A stretch of 64,000 bases of DNA from Candidatus Binataceae bacterium (GTDB taxonomy: Bacteria > Desulfobacterota > Binatia > Binatales > Binataceae): positions 12,619-76,618 of the forward strand of contig DASPOF010000070.1 in assembly GCA_035626155.1 (NCBI GenBank), written 5' to 3'. Within the stretch, counting starts at the first letter, position 1. Each line of letters starts with the position of its first letter. Below the pieces are notes generated by a model that was given only the letters and a program-made list of their open reading frames with translations, searched no databases and was not told the origin of the DNA. Positions 40,790 to 49,364 of this stretch are shown here, piece by piece. The translations under genes were made by a program, and so were the position numbers.

Positions 40790-41497
40790 CTATTCGTCCA
40801 GTGACCGATCGCGAGATGGCAGGAAGGCGCGATTGCCATAGCGATCAAGCGAGACGACCTCCTCAACGGGCCGCCGGGTGGTCGGCCCGTAACGTCCCAT
40901 GGGCCAGCCGAGCGGTACTACCGCACAAGGCTTGATGCCTTGGGGCAGTCCGAGGGCGCGTCGGGCGAGGAAGCGGCTCCACAAGGGCAGAGTAATTATG
41001 CCGGCCCCGAGGCCGGCAGCGCGCGCGCCCAGCAACAAGTTCTGAACAGAAGGAAGAATAGACGCGTACACGCTGGCGGTGACGACCGACGGCCAAGCCG
41101 GAATCAGCCCCCTAAGACATGCGACTATCAGAACCGGGATTTGCACAAAGTGACTCACCTGCCATTCGGTTGCATCGAGGATCCGCAGCATCGCGTGGTC
41201 GCCGGCGCGAATGGCAATTCGGCGGTTAACCGCGCGATACACGTTCCATGCAGGGCGATAGAGGCGACCAAGGCGCGACTTGACAGTCGCGTCTTTGACC
41301 ACAACAAATTCCCAGTTTTGAGCGTTGGAGCCGGTTGGCGCCCTGAGCGCGAGCTCGATCAGATGGAGCACAAGCGCGTCGTCGACCGGATCGGGCTTGA
41401 GACGGCGGATCTGGCGCTGCGTCCGCATCGCTTGCTCGAGCGGCATGTTGAGAGGCTCTCGGCCAGTTATCGGCAAATCTTGAGCTTCCGTTCCCAT
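40790..41497 (-). CDS. Nitroreductase-family protein.
   Basis: ...RLKPDPVDDALVLHLIELALRAPTGSNAQNWEFVVV.... Confidence 0.7.
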   Translation of the reverse strand: MGTEAQDLPITGREPLNMPLEQAMRTQRQIRRLKPDPVDDALVLHLIELALRAPTGSNAQNWEFVVVKDATVKSRLGRLYRPAWNVYRAVNRRIAIRAGDHAMLRILDATEWQVSHFVQIPVLIVACLRGLIPAWPSVVTASVYASILPSVQNLLLGARAAGLGAGIITLPLWSRFLARRALGLPQGIKPCAVVPLGWPMGRYGPTTRRPVEEVVSLDRYGNRAFLPSRDRSLDE

Positions 41498-41516
41498 ACT
41501 GACTCCATCATGAACG

Positions 41517-41975
41517 CTAGGTTGCGCGCGGGACGTGCCCGTGCGCGCTCATGTCAGGAACGCTTGTGGCGTCTGGTTCGGCGCTCATCAGCCACAAAGC
41601 AAAAAACGCCGCGAAGGCGAGATCGCCGGACCCGGCGAGCACCCCGCGACCGGGGATATCGCCAAGAAGCCAACAGGCTGCGACCACCACAAAAGCCGCC
41701 GTTTTTCCAATCGCACTGAAGGCCACCAGCGGCCGATCGATTCGCGGCCGGCGGGCAAGCCACGCATAGGCGGCGGCGAAGAGAAGGATGAACATCGCCA
41801 GCAGCGCGCGATAAATCGTGGGTACTACCCCGGACAGGCCCGCAAGCTGCCCGATCGACGATGATGGAAACGCAAATAGAAACGCGCCTCCCAGATTGAA
41901 AATCGCTGCAGCCCACAGCGCGCGGCGCATCCATCGGTCGTTGAGCATCGCCATCTCCCCCCGGATCCTTTGCAA
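41517..41975 (-). CDS. Hypothetical small membrane protein.
   Basis: 3-4 hydrophobic helices with no motifs. Confidence 0.4.
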   Translation of the reverse strand: MQRIRGEMAMLNDRWMRRALWAAAIFNLGGAFLFAFPSSSIGQLAGLSGVVPTIYRALLAMFILLFAAAYAWLARRPRIDRPLVAFSAIGKTAAFVVVAACWLLGDIPGRGVLAGSGDLAFAAFFALWLMSAEPDATSVPDMSAHGHVPRAT

Positions 41976-42021
41976 AACGGAAATCCGAATTAATGTCGCG
42001 TGCGCGGCCGGCCGGCTGCGA

Positions 42022-42732
42022 TCACGTCCCCTGGATGGGAGCGGCCCAGCGAGAGAAAACCGTCTCGGACAGCCGGCTAAGCTCGGAGTCGTACTTCCCC
42101 GACGCGGCGATTATCTCATCGCGCGAGATCTTTTCGCGCTCGAGTTCGCCCGCGAACGCCTGCGCCATCCCCGCGACGCCATCGCGCGTCACTTCGATGT
42201 GAAACTGAAGCGCGTACGCATTGTCTCCGTAGCGAAAAGCCTGGCACGGCGTCTTGTCCGACGATGCGAGCGGCACGGCGCCGCTCGGCAATCCAAAGAC
42301 GTCGCCATGCCAGTGAAACGCCATGATCGTGGCGGGCAGGCCGCGCATGAGCCGGTCGTCCGCGGCCGCCGGCGCGAGATTGACGGGATACCAGCCGATC
42401 TCCTTGCCCGCGGGATTGCGTGCGACGGGCGCTCCCAGAGCCGCGGCGATAAGCTGCGCCCCAAGGCATACGCCGAGCACCGGCCTGCGCGATTCGATCG
42501 CGCTGCGAATCAGCGCGAGCTCGTCGCCGAGGAACGGATACTTCGCGGTCTGATACACGCCCATCGGACCGCCCATCACGATGAGCCCGCCGGCGCCCTT
42601 CATGTCGCGCGGCACCGGATGTCCGTCGAAAATCCGGACGTACTGCCACGCAAGCGCGGCGTTCTCGAGCGCGTCGGCGATCCTGCCGAGCGCTTCCGCC
42701 GGATGGTGCTGGAGCACGTAGACTTTCGCCAT
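42022..42732 (-). CDS. Class-I glutamine amidotransferase-like protein.
   Basis: ...RPVLGVCLGAQLIAAALG... (a nucleophile elbow with Cys) and ...HWHGD.... Confidence 0.7.
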   Translation of the reverse strand: MAKVYVLQHHPAEALGRIADALENAALAWQYVRIFDGHPVPRDMKGAGGLIVMGGPMGVYQTAKYPFLGDELALIRSAIESRRPVLGVCLGAQLIAAALGAPVARNPAGKEIGWYPVNLAPAAADDRLMRGLPATIMAFHWHGDVFGLPSGAVPLASSDKTPCQAFRYGDNAYALQFHIEVTRDGVAGMAQAFAGELEREKISRDEIIAASGKYDSELSRLSETVFSRWAAPIQGT

Positions 42733-42746
42733 AATCCGGATCGCCG

Positions 42747-43805
42747 TTACAGCAGCGTTCCGCGCCGCGAGCGTCCGAGGTGAGCGTAGGCGCGCTGGGT
42801 TGCGATGCGCCCGCGAGCGGTGCGCGCGATGAACCCCTCCTGGAGCAGGTACGGCTCGTACACCTCCTCGATCGTGTCGGGTTCCTCGCCGACCGCAGCC
42901 GACAGGCTCTCGACGCCGACCGGGCCGCCATCGAACTTGTCCATGATCGCGATCAGAATCGCGCGATCCATTTTGTCGAAGCCCGCCGCATCGATTTCCA
43001 GAAGATCGAGCGCCGCCAGAGCCACCTCGCGCGTGACCACGGGCGCCTCGTTGACCTGCGCAAAGTCGCGCACCCGGCGCAGCAGCCGGTTGGCGATTCG
43101 CGGCGTGCCGCGCGAGCGCGATGCAAGCTCGATCGCGCCGCTGTCATCGGTCGCAACGCCGAGCAACCGCGCCGATCGCCGCACGATCTCAGTCAACTCC
43201 GCCCGGTCGTAGAAGTCGAGATGAAAATGCTGACCGAAGCGGTCGCGCAGCGGCGAGCTCAGCAGGCCCGAGCGGGTCGTCGCCCCGACCATCGTGAATG
43301 GCTTCACCGCGAGCTTCATCGTGCGCGCGCCCATTCCCTCGCCGACCACGATGTGGAACTCGAAATCCTCCATCGCCGAGTACAGGCGCTCCTCGACCGG
43401 GCGCTGGAGCCGATGGATCTCATCGATGAAGAGCACGTCGCCCTTTTCGAGGTTGGCCACGATCGCGGCGAGGTCCGCGGCGCGTTCGATCGCAGGTCCC
43501 GACGTGACATGCACGCTCACGCCAAGCTCGCGCGCAATTATGTGGGCGAGCGAAGTCTTGCCCAATCCGGGCGGCCCGGCGAACAGCACGTGATCGAGGA
43601 CTTCATCGCGCCCGCGCGCCGCGCGGATCGACATCCCGAGGATTTTCTTGGTGCGCGCTTGTCCGATGAACTCGTCGAGCGAGCGCGGCCTGAGCGAGAG
43701 GTCGACCTTGCGGTCCTCCTCGGACTCGATGGGCGAAGTGCTGCGCGGCGCCGCCTCGCCGGCCGCGGCGTTCTTGAGCGCCGATGAATTTCTACTTTTC
43801 GCCAA
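42747..43805 (-). CDS. ruvB: Holliday junction branch migration ATPase RuvB.
   Basis: ...[18 protein letters not shown]... and ...DEIHRL.... Confidence 0.95.
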   Translation of the reverse strand: MAKSRNSSALKNAAAGEAAPRSTSPIESEEDRKVDLSLRPRSLDEFIGQARTKKILGMSIRAARGRDEVLDHVLFAGPPGLGKTSLAHIIARELGVSVHVTSGPAIERAADLAAIVANLEKGDVLFIDEIHRLQRPVEERLYSAMEDFEFHIVVGEGMGARTMKLAVKPFTMVGATTRSGLLSSPLRDRFGQHFHLDFYDRAELTEIVRRSARLLGVATDDSGAIELASRSRGTPRIANRLLRRVRDFAQVNEAPVVTREVALAALDLLEIDAAGFDKMDRAILIAIMDKFDGGPVGVESLSAAVGEEPDTIEEVYEPYLLQEGFIARTARGRIATQRAYAHLGRSRRGTLL

Positions 43806-44430
43806 GCAGCACCGCCAGCGACTTGCGAATCACGACTTCCAAATCCTCGGCTGCGGCGGAATCGTGCGCCGCTACCGAATCGACTGCCTGCTTTGCTTCC
43901 GCGGGCTTGATGCCGAGATTTATCAGTGCGGAAATTGCGTCATCAAGAACCCGCGAGCCTCCGGCCCCATCGCGTCCCGCTCTCGGGGCGCCGTTTGACG
44001 CGAGCACGCCGGGACCTGCCAGGCGCAATTCCGAGACCCGGTCGCGAAGCTCGCGCACCAGACGCTCGGCCACCTTCGGACCCACACCGGGCACGGCATC
44101 GATACGCTCGACATCGTCGTGCGCGATTGCGGAGACGAGTTCGTCCACGGTAAGCACGGACAATATCGAAAGCGCGTGGCGCGGACCGACGTGCTGGATG
44201 CTGGTGAGCAGATCGAATGCGCGCTTCTCACCGGGCTCCGAAAATCCGTAGAGCATGATCCCGTCGTCGCGGAAGATCTGGCGGATCTCGAGCCGTACCT
44301 GCTCGCCCACTCCGGGCAAGCGGTAATACGTGCTGAGCGGGATGAAGACTTCATAGCCGACGCCGCCGGTCTCGATGACGACGCGGCTCGCCTCGCGCAC
44401 GGCGACGGTTCCGCTGAGCGTTGCGATCAT
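43792..44430 (-). CDS. ruvA: Holliday junction DNA helicase RuvA.
   Basis: [11 protein letters not shown]...GGVGYEV... and ...[13 protein letters not shown].... Confidence 0.9.
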   Translation of the reverse strand: MIATLSGTVAVREASRVVIETGGVGYEVFIPLSTYYRLPGVGEQVRLEIRQIFRDDGIMLYGFSEPGEKRAFDLLTSIQHVGPRHALSILSVLTVDELVSAIAHDDVERIDAVPGVGPKVAERLVRELRDRVSELRLAGPGVLASNGAPRAGRDGAGGSRVLDDAISALINLGIKPAEAKQAVDSVAAHDSAAAEDLEVVIRKSLAVLLGEK

Positions 44431-44960
44431 CGGCGCCTCAACCTTGCCGGCAGTGCCGGCCGCTCGACGGCATCGACCAGCCGCGGCGCGCGAGCTCGCC
44501 CGAGATGGCAGATCGCAATCGCGAGCGCATCGGCGGCATCATCGGGAAGCTCGTAATCGGCCGCAAGTCCAAGCGTCCGGCGGACCATGTATTTGACCTG
44601 CGATTTGTCCGCGTGGCCGAACGCCGCCACCGCGAGTTTGACCTGGTTGGGCGGATACTCCTCGAGCGGCAGGCCGCGCTCCGCCGCGGCAAGCATCGCC
44701 ATCGCGCGCGCCTCGCCCAGCCTGAATGCGCTTTGGACGTTGGCCGCCACGAAACTGCGCTCGAGGCTCACCGCGTCGGGGCGATAGGCGTCGATCGCAG
44801 CCAGAAGCTGCTCGTGGATGCGCTTCAGGCGGTTGGGGGCGCGCTCGATCGAGCTGGTGCGGATGACGCCGGCTGCGATGAAGCGGAAATCGCCCGGCCG
44901 GCCTTCGACAACGCCGAATCCGGTTACCGCGCTCCCGGGGTCCACCCCGAGTACCCGCAT
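44427..44960 (-). CDS. ruvC: Crossover junction endodeoxyribonuclease RuvC.
   Basis: MRVLGVDPGSAVTGFGVV.... Confidence 0.9.
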   Translation of the reverse strand: MRVLGVDPGSAVTGFGVVEGRPGDFRFIAAGVIRTSSIERAPNRLKRIHEQLLAAIDAYRPDAVSLERSFVAANVQSAFRLGEARAMAMLAAAERGLPLEEYPPNQVKLAVAAFGHADKSQVKYMVRRTLGLAADYELPDDAADALAIAICHLGRARAPRLVDAVERPALPARLRRR

Positions 44961-44999
44961 CCTCCACCTCCGCCGGTCCGCCGCGCGCGCGACGTATCG

Positions 45000-45755
45000 T
45001 CACGCCGCGGAGATATGCGCCAGTTCCTCGTCGCTGATATCGAAATTTGCGGCGACGTTCTGCACGTCGTCGTGATCTTCCAGCTCTTCGACCAGTTTCA
45101 GGACCCGCTCCGCCGAACGGCCGGAAACCGGCACGGTATTTTCGGGGATCATGGTGACCTCGGCGTGCGCGATCGCTATCTTCGCCTTCTCGATCGCGTC
45201 GCGGACCGCGCTGAACCGCTCGGGCGCGGTCATCACCTCGTAGGTATCAGTGCTCTCGGTGGCGACGTCGTCCGCTCCCGCATCGAGCGCCACCTCGATA
45301 AGCCGGTCTTCATCGACGGCGCTCCTGTCTATCGTGATGACGCCGCGCTTGTGGAACATCCACGCGACGCATCCCGACTCGCCGAGGTTGCCGCCGTAAC
45401 GCGAAAAGAGAAAGCGCAGTTCGGCGACCAGCCGGTTGCGATTGTCCGTCAGCGCCTCGAGCAAAATCGCGACGCCGCTCGGGCCGTAACCCTCGTAAGT
45501 GATTTGTTCGAGCTGAACGCCGCCGAGTTCGCCCGTCCCTTTCTTGATGGCGCGGTCGATGTTGTCGTTGGGCATCGACTGCGCCTTGGCCGCCCCGATC
45601 GCGGTGCGCAGCCGCGGGTTCGCATCGGGGTCGCCGCCGCCCAGGCGCGCAGCGATGGTGATTTCCTTGATCAGCTTTGTGAAGACCTTTCCCCGCTTGG
45701 CATCGCGGGCAGCCTTCTTATGCTTGATCGAGCTCCACTTGGAATGACCCGACAT
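45000..45755 (-). CDS. yebC: YebC/PmpR-family transcriptional regulator.
   Basis: [28 protein letters not shown].... Confidence 0.9.
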   Translation of the reverse strand: MSGHSKWSSIKHKKAARDAKRGKVFTKLIKEITIAARLGGGDPDANPRLRTAIGAAKAQSMPNDNIDRAIKKGTGELGGVQLEQITYEGYGPSGVAILLEALTDNRNRLVAELRFLFSRYGGNLGESGCVAWMFHKRGVITIDRSAVDEDRLIEVALDAGADDVATESTDTYEVMTAPERFSAVRDAIEKAKIAIAHAEVTMIPENTVPVSGRSAERVLKLVEELEDHDDVQNVAANFDISDEELAHISAA

Positions 45756-45896
45756 CGTTTCGACCGGGCGCGCTTACGGCGCGCTCGTGAGGACATTATC
45801 ACAAACCGGTACCCGCGGGGGAACATCTGGGCGGCCGCGACATTTGCGATTGCGGGCGGCGCAATACTGGTCGAATCCTCGATAGCGTCTGATATT

Positions 45897-46553
45897 ATGA
45901 CGGGTTGGACTCCAATGATTTTCAAGGTCGTAAACTGCTCGGCCATCGCCGCGATGGCGTTTGTGGCGGCGGGATGCTTCGACCCGCCAATCAGCCAGCC
46001 GCCCCCGGAGGCGAAAACCGTGACCGTCATCGGGCTGCCCTATGACCTCGCGTGGGAAGCGGTTGGCAATGTGATCAGCCAGGACGGCCTGCATGTCCAG
46101 GTGCAGGATCCGGTCAACGGGATCATCGAGGCGCAGGGCAAGGGGTTTTCGCTCCAGGACGCCGACTGCGGAAGAATCCACAGCGTGCTGGGCGCCTTTG
46201 CCGCCCAGCCGGACGCCGAGGCATCGGCGGTGTACAACTTTCGGCTTAAGACCGTGGGCAACGAGGCGAGCTCGGTCGCGGTGCGAGCCACCTTCAATTC
46301 TCCGCTGAGAGTGCCGCTCCGTCCCGTGCGCGACGTCGAATGCGTCTCGCGCGGGACGCAGGAGTCGCGGCTCCTGCGCGAGGTCCTCGCCCAGGCAAGC
46401 CAGACGCATCCGCCGCAGCGCGTCAAGCCGGAGCAGGCAGCGCTGCCGCCGAAACCCGCATCTCCTCCGCTCGAATCCGAATCGCCGCCGCTCACATCGG
46501 GGCGCCCTACCCTTCTCAAACCCGACTTTCTGCTGCGGCCGGGTCCCGAATAG
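45897..46553 (+). CDS. Hypothetical lipoprotein.
   Basis: A lipobox ...AAMAFVAAGCFD.... It is the C-terminal part of the long 44421..46553 ORF. The upstream 490 codons of that ORF are antisense to ruvC/yebC and are rejected. Confidence 0.5.
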   Translation: MTGWTPMIFKVVNCSAIAAMAFVAAGCFDPPISQPPPEAKTVTVIGLPYDLAWEAVGNVISQDGLHVQVQDPVNGIIEAQGKGFSLQDADCGRIHSVLGAFAAQPDAEASAVYNFRLKTVGNEASSVAVRATFNSPLRVPLRPVRDVECVSRGTQESRLLREVLAQASQTHPPQRVKPEQAALPPKPASPPLESESPPLTSGRPTLLKPDFLLRPGPE

Positions 46554-46625
46554 CCGTATCGCGACTGGCTTGGGCCGGCGTCATTCGGCGGAGCGCCGGG
46601 ACGTTCGGGCGCGCCAGTCAGACGG

Positions 46626-48602
46626 TTAGGGTCGATCCGGAATCAGCGCGGCGGCGGGAACGATTTCCTGATCCCTGCCGGGCAGCCGCCAGTATAGGTG
46701 GATCGAAGAATCACCGCCGAGATTGCGCTCGCCGACTTCGATACGATGAATGCCCGCGCGGACGAAGACGGTCGCCTCGCCGTGCTCGCGCGTAACTGGC
46801 CCGGGGTCGGCTATCAGCGTCTGACCGTCGAGCTTGAGCCATCCGCAATCGTCCGCATCGACGACGAAATTGTACTGCCCGCTTACGGGCGCGATGATCC
46901 GGCCTGACCACACCGCGACCGACGGCCACGGCATCGCACCCATCTCAACGATATTGTCCAGGTTCACCTCGCGGTCGATTCGCACGATCTGCGGCGGTAT
47001 CTCGCCCGGAACATCGCCGGCGAAATAACGGCCCAGCAATCCCTGGTGCCGGCGAAGCTGAAGCGGCTGGGCGATTCGGCCATCGAGCGGCGCGAGGAAC
47101 ATGATCGCGATGGCGGCGCAAATCGCCGCCGGGCCCACACGGCTTGCGGAGCCGACGGCGAGGAGCCCGAGCGAATCGGCCAGCTCGAGCGCGCCGATCA
47201 TCCAGAAGATCCCGAGCGGCCAGAGCTGGAACGCTCCCGCCAGCCCGATCAGCTTGCCAAGATTGAATGCAACCGAGTCCCGGGTAATCATCCCGCCCCC
47301 GAAATAAGCATCGCGGTTGGTCGCAAAATCGCCTCGGAAGAATTGCTGCGCTGCAAAATCGCGCACCGGGTTTTCGTACTCGTACGGAAAGTGCGGGTTG
47401 GTCGAGGTCGCCATCAGCATCATGAACACCGAGAGCGCGGCCAGCGCGCCCATCAGCCAGTCCCACGATTTCGGCACAAACGCCAGCGTGAGGACCATGA
47501 ACGGGACAGCCGCAACGATCTGACGCGGGCCGGTCGCGGTCCCGCCGCCCCACGACACGATCGATTCGCCATAAGAGGCGTTGAACAGGATCATCGCGGC
47601 GAACGCGAAAACCGTCACGGCGGATTCCGCGCGCCATCGCCGATCGGCCAGGAAAAATCCCGCGCCGGGAATCGCGAGCAGCAGCACCGGGTTGCAGAAG
47701 AAAAGACCGCGCTGCGGATCGGCCAGGATATTGCAAAGATTGCCGATCTTCGGGTAGGTGAGGCCGACGAATCCCTTGGCCTGCTCGGGGAACTGCGTGT
47801 TGCCCGGCAGCTTGAACGCCTGATAGCTGAAAAAGAGCGGGCTCCCGAATGCGCCCCAGTTGTAGCCGAGCAGGAGCATCGCGCCGATTCCCGCTCCCGC
47901 CGAAAAAGCGGCCAGAGCAATGAGATTCCGCCTGAGCCTGAACAGCGCGAAGATGCCGATCGCGGCCGCAACCAGGAAGGCCGGATAGTCGTTCGTTACC
48001 GCAAGCCCCGCAAGGAAACCTGCGACGAAGCCGCGCCACGGACCGGGATCGTTGGCGAATGTCGCAACCAAATAGAAGGCGATGAATGCGAGCGCACCGG
48101 CGAACGGCTCCCCCGTCATCTCGGTTGAGTACGGGAACATGATCGTGGCGAACGCGAGGATCAGCGCGAGGCCCGCGCTTCGCCCATCCGAGGCGCCCAG
48201 GAATCGCGCGAACCGGTACATCACGATGGCGAGAATCGATGCGAGCAGCCCCGTGGTCAGGACGATCGTGAGGTAGGTAACGAGCGCCCAGTAGAGCGGC
48301 TCGTTGCGAGCAAGCAGCGGCGACAGCCAAAGCCGTATCGCCGCCCACGGCACCAGCGCGACCAGCGACGTGCCGGGCGCTTTCACCGAATAGATGTGTC
48401 CGCTGAAATTGATGATGTCCGCGGTATTGAAGCCGCAGAAGTCGTCGATCCAGAGCGCGTGCTTCTCCAGCACGGACCGCATCAGGTCGAACCGCGCGGC
48501 AGTGCTCTGGTCGGCGCCCTGATAAAAATAGGCGTAGCTGACGAACGGAATAAGGAAGAGCGCGGTTTCGATTCGCCGCGTGCGATCGTCGGCCGCGCTC
48601 AT
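46626..48602 (-). CDS. Polytopic membrane protein (GT-C-like) with a C-terminal PA14 carbohydrate-binding domain.
   Basis: More than 12 hydrophobic helices, then ...VSGQYNFVVDADDCGWLKLDGQTLIAD...IHRIEV...IHLYWRLPGRD..., which has the PA14-like signature. The start is trimmed to MSAADD, which gives a 4-nt overlap with the upstream gene. Confidence 0.6.
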   Translation of the reverse strand: MSAADDRTRRIETALFLIPFVSYAYFYQGADQSTAARFDLMRSVLEKHALWIDDFCGFNTADIINFSGHIYSVKAPGTSLVALVPWAAIRLWLSPLLARNEPLYWALVTYLTIVLTTGLLASILAIVMYRFARFLGASDGRSAGLALILAFATIMFPYSTEMTGEPFAGALAFIAFYLVATFANDPGPWRGFVAGFLAGLAVTNDYPAFLVAAAIGIFALFRLRRNLIALAAFSAGAGIGAMLLLGYNWGAFGSPLFFSYQAFKLPGNTQFPEQAKGFVGLTYPKIGNLCNILADPQRGLFFCNPVLLLAIPGAGFFLADRRWRAESAVTVFAFAAMILFNASYGESIVSWGGGTATGPRQIVAAVPFMVLTLAFVPKSWDWLMGALAALSVFMMLMATSTNPHFPYEYENPVRDFAAQQFFRGDFATNRDAYFGGGMITRDSVAFNLGKLIGLAGAFQLWPLGIFWMIGALELADSLGLLAVGSASRVGPAAICAAIAIMFLAPLDGRIAQPLQLRRHQGLLGRYFAGDVPGEIPPQIVRIDREVNLDNIVEMGAMPWPSVAVWSGRIIAPVSGQYNFVVDADDCGWLKLDGQTLIADPGPVTREHGEATVFVRAGIHRIEVGERNLGGDSSIHLYWRLPGRDQEIVPAAALIPDRP

Positions 48603-49360
48603 AACGATTTCCGCCGCGCCGCGCGGTTCGATCGTGCGGCGGGCACGGGCTCCTGGCGGCCGTACATCCGCCATCCGTAGAACGCGACCGCTCCAAGCAC
48701 CGCGAACGCCGCCACCAGCGTGATCGGCGAGCCGACCGGGCCGCCCTGCGATTCGTTTCGGATTGCGGCCAGATCGTAGGTGGGAGTCGCGCCGGCGGGC
48801 GGTCCTTCAATCTTCACCAGCTTCGCGTTGCGGAAAAACGCACGTCCCTTGTTGAGGCTTCCGAATCCGCCGACCCTGAGCGCCACATCGACGTCGGCCC
48901 CGTCTGCGCCAACCTTCATATAGAGGCCGACCGTCTGCCAGCCGGTCGTGCCCCGGATGTCGGGCGACATGATGCCGTCGTCCATGATCGAGATGGTCGC
49001 GCCGGTTTCATTCGCACCGACATTATCGGTTCGGATTTCCGCGCTCGCGTAGTACCATCCCGCCGAGAGCGAGAGCGACTCCATCCAGCGCGCATCGTCG
49101 GGCTGGAGATTCTCCACTTCGAGTTGGCCCGCTCCGCCCTCGGCCGGATGGGTCCAATCGTAGTGCCACGCCTTTGGATCGTTGATCCACGCTTCGGTGC
49201 GCCAGTTGTCCGGCTGGGGACCGGAGCCTTTCGATAGATCTCCGTTGAGGAGCAGATTGTTTTCCGCGGGTGCGCGGGATGGCGCGGCCAGGACGAGCGT
49301 CCCGATCGCCGCGAGTGCCGCGAGCAGGCAGCCGAGATGAAGTTTTCGTCCCCGGCTCAT
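48599..49360 (-). CDS. Secreted protein with a galactose-binding/CBM-like domain and a C-terminal TM anchor.
   Basis: A signal peptide ...LAALAAIGTLVLAAPSRA, a beta-rich middle and a C-terminal ...ITLVAAFAVLGAVAFYGW... anchor. Confidence 0.5.
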   Translation of the reverse strand: MSRGRKLHLGCLLAALAAIGTLVLAAPSRAPAENNLLLNGDLSKGSGPQPDNWRTEAWINDPKAWHYDWTHPAEGGAGQLEVENLQPDDARWMESLSLSAGWYYASAEIRTDNVGANETGATISIMDDGIMSPDIRGTTGWQTVGLYMKVGADGADVDVALRVGGFGSLNKGRAFFRNAKLVKIEGPPAGATPTYDLAAIRNESQGGPVGSPITLVAAFAVLGAVAFYGWRMYGRQEPVPAARSNRAARRKSL

Positions 49361-49364
49361 CGCG

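Noticed and set aside
44421-45896. The N-terminal 490 codons of the 710-aa plus-strand ORF.
   Set aside because: They are antisense to ruvC and yebC. Only the C-terminal lipoprotein part from 45897 has a signal or lipobox and sits in an intergenic context.
46945-48810. A 621-aa minus-strand ORF.
   Set aside because: It is an alternative frame of the PA14 membrane protein gene. It is Arg-rich and lacks hydrophobic helices.
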